DNA of 47,795 bases from Herpetosiphonaceae bacterium. GTDB taxonomy: Bacteria > Chloroflexota > Chloroflexia > Chloroflexales > Herpetosiphonaceae. Within the stretch, counting starts at the first letter, position 1. Every line of letters begins with the position of its first letter. The notes under the pieces are model-generated. The model made no database searches. It was not told where the DNA came from and saw only the letters and a list, made by a program, of their open reading frames with translations. Positions 40,873 through 47,795 of this stretch are shown here, piece by piece. The translations under genes and the position numbers were made by a program. Location of the stretch: positions 1 through 47,795 of the forward strand of contig DAOTUS010000173.1 of NCBI GenBank assembly GCA_034437415.1, in the 5' to 3' direction.

Positions 40873-41747
40873 TGCTCTTCTACCCATCCAAAAATAACAA
40901 CGCGCTCAACCGCCGCCCATTCTCACCCGACCAGCTCACAGGCCGGGCGATGCTCAATCCACACTACCGCGTGCTGGTCGACCGCGACACACGAGCCATC
41001 TGTGACAGCGGCGCGTTTCAAGATGATGGCGTAGCGCGGCCGCGACTCCAGCCCTGGGCAGCCCTCCAGCGCCAGCTCACCTTTGAGCAGTGGCTGAGCT
41101 GGCAGGTCACGGGTACGCCAGACGACTGGCATTTCGAGAGCATCATCACCTATGACCAGATGTTCGGCGTCGACGAGGCAATGATCGACGGCAAGAAAGT
41201 CAAGACCCGTGGCACGATTGAGACCGCCCAGCCCGCCGTCGATGAGACCCTCCGGGCGGCCGCCTACTATGCCAGCCAGCGTGACAGGATCCAGGGCCGG
41301 GTCTGCTTTGCCGCCCAGGGGATAAACCCTGACCACTACCTCAATAGCTGTGTTGTGCCGATGCTTGATGTAATGCAGGACGGTGACTGGTTTGCCTTTG
41401 GCGGCTTCTGCATTATCGGCAAGGTGCCGAGCCTGAAGCCCTACTTCTATGAGACGGTCGAGCGCACTCTGCCGCTCCTCAAAAAGCGCGGCGTGACACG
41501 GGCGCATATCCTCGGCGTGTGCGTGGCCGATGCTATCCAGTTCGCCAGCGCCGCTGGCAGGCGCCACGGCATTGAGATGAGCACTGATAGCAGTTCTATC
41601 GAGGTCAACAGCGTGATGGGCCGCGTGTTTGATGGTGGCCGCTGGCAGCAGCGCTGGAGTAAGGCCGAGAAGTATATCGACTATCACCCGCGTGACTTGG
41701 CCCACGCCAATATTGAGACGTATTCACAGTGGAGCAGTGGATTATGA
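40872..41747 (+). CDS. DpdA-like (tRNA-guanine transglycosylase fold) DNA transglycosylase candidate
   Basis: TAATG overlap with the upstream stop. In TGT order and spacing it has CDSGAFQ, ITYDQM, FAAQG, FAFGGFCIIG and ILGV..STDSS. No C-terminal Zn-binding CxCxxC..H is present. Confidence 0.6.
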   Translation: MLFYPSKNNNALNRRPFSPDQLTGRAMLNPHYRVLVDRDTRAICDSGAFQDDGVARPRLQPWAALQRQLTFEQWLSWQVTGTPDDWHFESIITYDQMFGVDEAMIDGKKVKTRGTIETAQPAVDETLRAAAYYASQRDRIQGRVCFAAQGINPDHYLNSCVVPMLDVMQDGDWFAFGGFCIIGKVPSLKPYFYETVERTLPLLKKRGVTRAHILGVCVADAIQFASAAGRRHGIEMSTDSSSIEVNSVMGRVFDGGRWQQRWSKAEKYIDYHPRDLAHANIETYSQWSSGL

Positions 41748-42082
41748 CGCAACAACCAACTATCGGTGACCGCCTCAGGGCTTGGCGCTACACCTACAAT
41801 GTGCCCCCGCATAGCATCTGTGAGCGACTACTCATCTCGCATATGCAGTTGGAGTATATCGAGGATGACACGGCGGATATGGGGCCGGTTCTCATTGCTG
41901 ATATTGAGGAAATGATCTCCGCGCCAGCCAGGCCAACCCCAACTGAGGACGCCCTGCTGACCCTGCTGCGGACAGCGGCGACGGGCGGCTGGGAGATTGT
42001 TATCCGGCGCGGCTGCGTTGACGATGGGCCGCACATCGTGGCCCGGATTGAGGAGGAGCCGCGTGAACATCCTCAGCGCTGA
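41744..42082 (+). CDS. XRE-like HTH protein
   Basis: ATGA overlap with the upstream stop. IGDRLRAWRYTYNVPPHSICERLLISHMQLEYIE. Confidence 0.5.
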   Translation: MTQQPTIGDRLRAWRYTYNVPPHSICERLLISHMQLEYIEDDTADMGPVLIADIEEMISAPARPTPTEDALLTLLRTAATGGWEIVIRRGCVDDGPHIVARIEEEPREHPQR

Positions 42083-42869
42083 GACTCGGCCGCTGCTCAT
42101 CCAGTGGCATACCGAGGGCATCTCAATAGCCCAACAGGCCGAGCGGCTTGAATGCGCTCCTGACAGCGTGGTTTATGCGCGGCGGCTTCTAGCGCGGGAG
42201 GGACTGATTGCTCTGCCGCCGCGACTCCCGCGCCAGCCCTGGACCAAGGCCGATGAGTACGAGCTGGATACACTGATTCAGCAGGGCCTCTCCTACGCGG
42301 CGATAGGTAACCGTATGGGCCGCGCCCCGTCGGCCATCTACGCCCGCTGCCGCCAGCGGGGCACACCTGTCACGAAGACCAGCGGAATGCAGTGGGCCGC
42401 CGAGGTTGCTGCCGACCTGGGTGTCAGCGGCCGGCGCGTCGGCGTCTGGATTGCGCGGGGCTATCTCAAGGCCACGAACGTTCGGGCGACAGGACTTCCA
42501 ATGTGGCGTGTGCAACTCCTCGACCTGATGGCGTTTCTGGATAACAGCGACTACTGGATGTTGTGGGATCCCGCGAACATCTCCGACCACGCCTATCGCG
42601 AGTGGGCACTGGAGGGCAGGCGCAGCGGCCCACAGTGGATCACCACCACCGAGGTTGCCCGTCGCCTCCATATGGCCCACGCCAGCATACACCAGTGGAT
42701 TATCAACGGCTGGCTGCCCGCTCAGCGGCGCGGCCATATCTGGTACATCGACGCTCGCAACCTGGAGGCCATCGCGGCACGGCGGGCGCGAGAGGAGCAT
42801 TCGACCCGCTCGGCGGCCGTGCGTCAGCATCGGGCCCAGCGGCGACAATCACAAGGAGCGGCACCATGA
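42063..42869 (+). CDS. Multi-HTH DNA-binding protein (SANT/GcrA-like plus MerR/excisionase-like); RDF or late-regulator candidate
   Basis: GTG start after the ggagga RBS. WTKADEYELDTLIQQGLSYAAIGNRMGR is SANT-like. WITTTEVARRLHMAHASIHQWIINGWLPAQRRGHIWYID is excisionase-type. Confidence 0.5.
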   Translation: MNILSAETRPLLIQWHTEGISIAQQAERLECAPDSVVYARRLLAREGLIALPPRLPRQPWTKADEYELDTLIQQGLSYAAIGNRMGRAPSAIYARCRQRGTPVTKTSGMQWAAEVAADLGVSGRRVGVWIARGYLKATNVRATGLPMWRVQLLDLMAFLDNSDYWMLWDPANISDHAYREWALEGRRSGPQWITTTEVARRLHMAHASIHQWIINGWLPAQRRGHIWYIDARNLEAIAARRAREEHSTRSAAVRQHRAQRRQSQGAAP

Positions 42870-43099
42870 AACAACACAGCGTTATCATTGCCATTTCCAG
42901 CGCGGACGGACCAGCGCCGCCCAACACCTTCGCAGCGCTGGCCGATGCTCTCGTGCGAATGGCCGTTCCTGAGCTTGACGCTGCGCTCGCGATTGCGCAT
43001 ACTACACGCCATCAACGCAGCCGCACCTATTACCACGAATCAGAGATTGACCGCCTGCGCCGCCAGATTGCCGATGCTGAGCAGCGCCGTCGGGCCTAA
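42866..43099 (+). CDS. Small hypothetical protein upstream of int (77 aa)
   Basis: aaggag RBS, and an ATGA overlap with the upstream stop. Confidence 0.45.
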   Translation: MKQHSVIIAISSADGPAPPNTFAALADALVRMAVPELDAALAIAHTTRHQRSRTYYHESEIDRLRRQIADAEQRRRA

Positions 43100-43113
43100 C
43101 AGGAGACCGCACG

Positions 43114-44802
43114 ATGCGAACAGCGCTCTATATTCGCTTCTCCAGCGAGAAACAAAAACAAGGGTCAAGCCTGCGAGACCAGTTGCAGCGCCTGCAGATG
43201 GATGCCCAGCTGGCCGGAGAGGAGGTGGTGGAAACATTCATCGACCAGGCGCAGTCAGGCACCAGCGTCAAGCACCGCAAAGAGTACCAGCGTCTGATGG
43301 AGTTCGTGCAGGCTGGCCACTGTGATATCGTTCGTCTGGAGAGCGTGGACCGAGGCCACCGCAACGACGGCGAGCGGCGCGACTTTGAGGCAGCCCTGAA
43401 ATCAGCCAAGGTCGAGATCATCTACTCCGGCGAGACCCGTGGCCAGGCGCCGGAGCAGCGGACGTTCAACCGCTCCATCAAGGGGATTGTGGCCGAGCTG
43501 GAGAGCGGGCAGATCAGCCAGCGAACCTATGACCGCCAGCTCTATCGGGCCAAACAGGGCAGACGACGCGGCGGCAGCGCCCCGTATGGCACGCTCATCG
43601 ATGGCCAGTGGTATCGACCAGACCCTGAGACCTATCCAACGCTCATCTGGATTTTAGAGCAGCGTGCTAGCGGGCACGGCTATCAGCGCATCACCAACAT
43701 GCTCAACCACGGCATCAGCCTCAACGGCGAGCCACCCGCTGTGCCAGTGCCGCCGGGGCATCTGGCGTGGCTGCGAAACCCCTGGATTGAACGCCAGGAT
43801 CCGTTGACCGGCGATATTGTCCAGCTCCCGCGCCCGTGCCCTCGCGCAAACTGGAATACCTCTACCGTGCGCAATCTCTGCCGCGATGCCATCAATGGTG
43901 TGTTGGCTGGTATTGTCCACTGGGGCCGTGAAAGTCGCAAATTCACCGAGGACCGCTATGGTCAGCCAAAGCAGGAGGTGGTGGTCGATACCGGCAAGGC
44001 GCTGGTACCGCCAGATCTGACGGCACGGGTCCGCGCCACCGAGCTGGCGCATCAGCACTTTATCGACCGCCCACTGCGGCCGCGCTCCACATTCCTCCTT
44101 CGTCTCCGCTGCGGTCTCTGTGGTGGCGCTATCTGTGGCGCAACCAGCTCAAACCATCGCCACGACAAGGTCTACCGCTATCGGACGTATATCTGCATCG
44201 GTCGCCAGCTCAACGCTGGATCCTGCACTCTGCCTGGTCTGCGAGTGCCGAAAATCGACCGGGCCATCGTCAAGGCGCTGATTGACTACACCGCCAGTAG
44301 TGCCTACCGGGAGATGCAAACCAGCCTCAATCAGTCGATTAGCCGCTACCGTGACGAGCTCACCGCAACCATCGCAACACTCACCGAAACCATCAGCGAC
44401 CTGGAGGCGGACCAGTCGCGGTCCCTTGATATTCTGCTGCGGACGGATCTCACCAGCACCGTGCTGGAGGCGCTCAATCATCGCCTGAACGGGGTTGCTG
44501 GGCGCATCGCGGACGCACGTCAACAGCGCGACACGGTGCAGGCTGGCATTGCTGCCCTGGACCAGCGAGCGCGGACCATTCGCGATATCCTTGGCGACAG
44601 CGCCATTCAGGCAGATGCGCTTGATCGTATTGAAGATGTCGACATTATCAAAGCACTCCAGCCCGCCGTGGCCGCCCTGGTCGCCGAGGCAACACTCCAT
44701 CAGATCGATAAACGAACGATGCAGGTCGCGCTCAAAATTCGGACATTAGACGGCATAATCCGTGGATTTGGTCAGTCCACGGACAGGGGTTCATCGCGCT
44801 GA
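43114..44802 (+). CDS. int: Large serine recombinase (integrase)
   Basis: The N-terminal resolvase domain ([11 protein letters not shown]) holds the catalytic Ser. A recombinase domain, a zinc ribbon (CGLCGG..C..YICIG...C) and a long coiled coil follow. The ORF crosses attR, so its last 5 codons are host DNA. Confidence 0.9.
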   Translation: MRTALYIRFSSEKQKQGSSLRDQLQRLQMDAQLAGEEVVETFIDQAQSGTSVKHRKEYQRLMEFVQAGHCDIVRLESVDRGHRNDGERRDFEAALKSAKVEIIYSGETRGQAPEQRTFNRSIKGIVAELESGQISQRTYDRQLYRAKQGRRRGGSAPYGTLIDGQWYRPDPETYPTLIWILEQRASGHGYQRITNMLNHGISLNGEPPAVPVPPGHLAWLRNPWIERQDPLTGDIVQLPRPCPRANWNTSTVRNLCRDAINGVLAGIVHWGRESRKFTEDRYGQPKQEVVVDTGKALVPPDLTARVRATELAHQHFIDRPLRPRSTFLLRLRCGLCGGAICGATSSNHRHDKVYRYRTYICIGRQLNAGSCTLPGLRVPKIDRAIVKALIDYTASSAYREMQTSLNQSISRYRDELTATIATLTETISDLEADQSRSLDILLRTDLTSTVLEALNHRLNGVAGRIADARQQRDTVQAGIAALDQRARTIRDILGDSAIQADALDRIEDVDIIKALQPAVAALVAEATLHQIDKRTMQVALKIRTLDGIIRGFGQSTDRGSSR

Positions 44803-45829
44803 CCAGCACAAAGTTGGCCGGAAAGGCCAGTGTCCCGGCGGCGCGGCTGATCACCACAGTGTGGTCTTCGAGCGGCTGGCGCATCACCTGGAGTACCTGC
44901 TGGTTGAACTCGGGGATCTCATCGAGAAACAGCACTCCGCGGTGGGCCAGCGAGATCTCGCCAGGCTGCGGGTTGCGGCCGCCGCCAACCAGCCCGGCGT
45001 TGGAGATCGTGTGGTGGGGCGCTCGAAAGGGCCGGTGGCGGATCAGCGGCGTTCCCGGCGGCAGCAGGCCCTTGACCGAGTAGATCTTGGTTACCTCCAG
45101 GGCCTCGTCCAGCGAGAGCGGCGGCAGGATCGAGGGCATGCAGCGCGCCAGCAGGGTTTTGCCCGAGCCAGGCGGCCCGCTCATCAGCACGTTGTGTGCG
45201 CCAGCGGCGGCAACCTCGAGCGCCCGCTTGACATGCTCCTGGCCCTTCACCTCGGCCAGATCGACCGGGTAGCTCAGCTCCTCCAGCGGCGCCAGCACCA
45301 TCTCGTAGGGCGCAATGTAGCGGTCGCCGTTGAGATGGGCGGCCAGCTCCGCCAGCGAGCGAATTGGGATAACCGCGACGCCGTCGAGCAGGGCGGCCTC
45401 GGCGGCGTCGCAGTGGGGCACATAGACGGTCGCCATGCCCTCACGGCGGGCAATGCTGACCATCGGCAGGATCGCCTCGGTGTGGCGCAGGGTGCCATCA
45501 AGCGAGACCTCGCCGACAAACAGCGATTTGCTCACATCGGCGGCGATCTGTCCGGACGAGATCAAAACCCCGACTGCGATCGGCAGATCGTAGGCCGGGC
45601 CGGCCTTGCGCAGGTCCGCTGGAGCCATATTAACTGTCACCCTCTCGCCAGGAAAGATCCCCCCGCTGTTGCGAATCGCCGAGCGCACCCGCTCCTTGGC
45701 CTCCTGGACGGCGGCGTCGGGCAGGCCGACAATCGTAAACGACGGCAGCCCGCGGCTTATATCCACCTCCACCTCGACTAAAGCGCCTTCTAGCCCAATC
45801 ACCGCACAGCTCCACACCTTCGCCAGCAT
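44732..45829 (-). pseudogene. comM: 5-prime (N-terminal) fragment of comM/yifB, fused at 44784 to 17 phage-derived codons
   Basis: ggagga RBS, then [22 protein letters not shown].. with the Lon-like N-domain. AAA+ Walker A is GPPGSGKT and Walker B is LFLDE. The ORF ends ..SAMNPCP at the junction, then reads [15 protein letters not shown] before the stop. Confidence 0.85.
44778..44784. repeat. attR core (CACGGAC)
   Basis: Identical to 977..983, and it lies inside both the int ORF and the comM frame. Confidence 0.75.
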
Positions 45830-45903
45830 CAGCATATCCTCCACAATCGCAGATCATGCTTGCTATGATGCAGCGGGCGGGACGATTTTACGGGCATTTG
45901 AAT

Positions 45904-45932
45904 TTGCAGCGCCATGAATCCTATGCTATACT
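45904..45932 (+). promoter_or_regulatory. Promoter TTGCAG-17-TATACT upstream of tRNA-Val
   Basis: -35 at 45904..45909 and -10 at 45927..45932, 15 nt before the tRNA 5-prime end. Confidence 0.5.
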
Positions 45933-45947
45933 GCGCACACGTTGTTC

Positions 45948-46024
45948 GGGCGGTTAGCTCAGTTGGTTAGAGCGCGTCGTTCACACCGACGAGGTCGATG
46001 GTTCGAGTCCATTACCGCCCACCA
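45948..46024 (+). tRNA. tRNA-Val (anticodon CAC), CCA encoded
   Basis: Hand-folded cloverleaf: acceptor gggcggt/accgccc, D arm gctc/gagc, anticodon stem cgtcg/cgacg with loop ttCACac, and T arm gatgg-ttcgagt-ccatt. Confidence 0.9.
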
Positions 46025-46034
46025 CAATCCCCAA

Positions 46035-46059
46035 AAGCGGCGCCGGGCGCCGCTTTTTT
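46035..46059 (+). terminator. Rho-independent terminator after tRNA-Val
   Basis: gcggcg-ccgg-cgccgc followed by tttttt. Confidence 0.75.
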
Positions 46060-46163
46060 GTGCCTCCGTTTAGCGCTATACGCGGTCAGATGCAGACCGA
46101 GTGTGCCAAAACCCCGTGGTATAATGCAGTGATGAATGAGCGAAGTCGCTCCACGAGGAACTG

Positions 46164-46670
46164 ATGCGTTGCCCCTACTGTGATGGTGAAAGCGCGGTTA
46201 TCGACACCCGCGATCTGGATAATGGCGAGTCGATTCGCCGCCGACGGCGTTGCAAGCAGTGCGACCGCCGTTTTACCACGTATGAGCGGGTTGAGTCGGT
46301 CAATGTGACTGTGGTAAAAAAGAATGGCGACCGCGAACCCTACGATCGGGAGAAGTTGCTGCGCGGGCTGCGGGTGGCTAGCTACAAGCGCCCCATCCCC
46401 GCTGAGGCAATCGAAAACCTCGTCACCGATGTCGAGGCAGCGCTGATGGCGTATGAGGCGGCCGAGGTCCCCAGCTCGGTGATTGGCGAGCTGGTGATGG
46501 CCCGCCTGCGTGAGCTTGATGAGGTCGCCTATATCCGCTTTGCCTCGGTCTATCGCTCGTTCACTGATTTAGGCAAACTCCGCGAGGCGGTGGAGGAGTT
46601 GATGGACTCGGAGCCACCCGCCCCAATGGCAAGGATTCAACACACGAATGACAACACAAACAATGGATGA
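46164..46670 (+). CDS. nrdR: Transcriptional repressor NrdR
   Basis: [17 protein letters not shown]...[20 protein letters not shown] zinc ribbon plus the ATP-cone sequence. Confidence 0.9.
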   Translation: MRCPYCDGESAVIDTRDLDNGESIRRRRRCKQCDRRFTTYERVESVNVTVVKKNGDREPYDREKLLRGLRVASYKRPIPAEAIENLVTDVEAALMAYEAAEVPSSVIGELVMARLRELDEVAYIRFASVYRSFTDLGKLREAVEELMDSEPPAPMARIQHTNDNTNNG

Positions 46671-47508
46671 GACGAAAACAGTCGAGGTCGCCACGCCAGC
46701 CGCACGCACGCCGATTGCCTGGAAGCTGACCGCCCTGGTCGGCGTCATAACCGGCATCGCCTGGACGGTTATTCTCCTGTTCGCGCCCGATACGCTGAAG
46801 CTGATGGCCGGGATCGCCCCGGTTATTGGCGGGATCTACCTCGGCCGCAAGGTCAAGGATCGCGCGTTTACCCACGGCTTTTTGATGTCGCTGTTTGCGG
46901 TGATCGCGGCTATGGCAATTGTGGCTCCGATTGTCTTCACCGAGGTGATCAATCTGGCCGTTGACCAGCCGGCCGGAACCACGCCAACGGTCATGGGAAC
47001 GTTCCTCTCGATCTCGCTGATGATGCTGATCACGCTGGTGCCGTTTCCGATCTATGGCGTGATGCTCTCGGTGCGCAACCAGAAGCGCGCCCTGGAGTTT
47101 CGCAAAGAGGCCGATACCCGCGGCGGCCAGCTCCAGCGCCCAGGCCGGATCGTCAACCTTGACGATCTGCAGGCCCTGCCGCTGCCGAAGTTTGGCTCGT
47201 GGGTGGTGCAGCTGTTCAAGAGCAATGGCTTTGTCCTCGACGATTTTCAGTTCAACAAAGATGTTGTCGATCTGAAGGTACACCGCACCGAGCCTGCCGA
47301 GAAATGGCTGATTCGCTGCACGGTCGCCGACGCGATCAAGCCGGGCATGGCCCAGGAGCTGGTTCAGGATCTGCGCGACAGCGATGACTTCGTCAAGGGT
47401 GTGGTGGTTACGTCAACCAAGGTGCTTGACTCGACCCGCAAGTGGAGCAAAACCCGGCCCAATATCGAGGTGCTCGATGGCGAGACCCTGATGGAGATGC
47501 ACGGCTAG
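46648..47508 (+). CDS. Membrane-anchored restriction-endonuclease-like (Mrr_cat-type) protein
   Basis: Four N-terminal TM helices. The C-terminal part [18 protein letters not shown]...EKWLIRC..V..VVVTS resembles the Mrr/PD-(D/E)xK catalytic domain. It overlaps nrdR by 23 nt. Confidence 0.55.
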   Translation: MTTQTMDETKTVEVATPAARTPIAWKLTALVGVITGIAWTVILLFAPDTLKLMAGIAPVIGGIYLGRKVKDRAFTHGFLMSLFAVIAAMAIVAPIVFTEVINLAVDQPAGTTPTVMGTFLSISLMMLITLVPFPIYGVMLSVRNQKRALEFRKEADTRGGQLQRPGRIVNLDDLQALPLPKFGSWVVQLFKSNGFVLDDFQFNKDVVDLKVHRTEPAEKWLIRCTVADAIKPGMAQELVQDLRDSDDFVKGVVVTSTKVLDSTRKWSKTRPNIEVLDGETLMEMHG

Positions 47509-47533
47509 CCGCCGCACAGCCAACCTCGATCCT

Positions 47534-47574
47534 CCCAAGCCCCAGCGTTCAGCGAGCGCTGGGGCTTGGGTTTT
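47534..47574 (+). terminator. Rho-independent terminator
   Basis: 14-bp perfect stem cccaagccccagcg/cgctggggcttggg followed by tttt. Confidence 0.75.
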
Positions 47575-47795
47575 AACCGCGAGAATTGTTGGTGCGATCC
47601 TTGCAATCCAGTGCCCTAACGATCTACTCAGCCAACGAGGAACCCACAATGCAGATCAACATTGATGCGCAGCCGTAGTATCTGCTCAATAAAGCAGGGT
47701 AGGCTGGCGTTGGGCGACCCGCCGCACTCTCGCAGAGTTCGAGTATACTTGGGCTCGACGGTTCTGCGCTAGAGGTGGGTGTTCATGCTGGACGA

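Larger units (their letters stand above)
977..44784. mobile_element. Integrated siphovirus-like prophage (~43.8 kb) with a large serine recombinase, inserted in comM
   Basis: It is bounded by the two halves of one host gene and by a shared core. It holds a full set of terminase, portal, capsid, tape measure, repressor, replication and integrase genes. Confidence 0.9.

Overview
This window is a GC-rich bacterial chromosome carrying a siphovirus-like prophage of about 43.8 kb (977..44784). The prophage sits inside the comM/yifB gene. The two comM halves (514..983 and 44785..45829, minus strand) share a 7-bp core, CACGGAC, at both junctions. Joining them on paper restores the canonical NPCPCGHYG motif. 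The right flank holds host genes: tRNA-Val(CAC), nrdR and a membrane-anchored Mrr-like nuclease.

Prophage layout, left to right:
- attL.
- A plus-strand cargo cluster with a Lar-like restriction-alleviation protein, membrane proteins, two B-box-like zinc mini-proteins and a DUF551-like gene.
- A long minus-strand late operon running from terminase and portal through protease-scaffold, capsid and BNR-decorated tail tube to a 1543-aa tape measure and tail tip proteins.
- An AT-rich 540-bp control region packed with GCGCATTA octamer arrays.
- A PH-domain membrane protein and a CI-like repressor facing an RHH Cro-like gene.
- Plus-strand early genes: SSAP recombinase, primase-polymerase/helicase and HNH.
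- A DNA-modification island, candidate RDF genes, a large serine recombinase and attR.

The best candidate for something new is the modification island (35920..41747). It contains an SNF2-helicase/N4-N6 methylase fusion and a C5-methylase whose conserved motifs are spread over two reading frames. It ends with a translationally coupled trio: a PAPS-reductase/DndC-like PP-loop ATPase, a VRR-NUC nuclease and a DpdA-like (TGT-fold) DNA transglycosylase. I can recognise no preQ0 biosynthesis genes in the prophage.

Other points worth follow-up:
- The integrase C-terminus is rewritten by integration, because attP lies inside int.
- An in-frame A_AAA_AAG slip site sits in the DUF551-like gene.
- There are two 'consensus promoter followed at once by a terminator hairpin' units in the late region, resembling lambda PR'/tR'.
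- A low-GC HD-like gene sits between terminase and portal.

All calls rest on reading the ORF translations, motifs recalled from memory, and hand inspection of the DNA. No database search was run.
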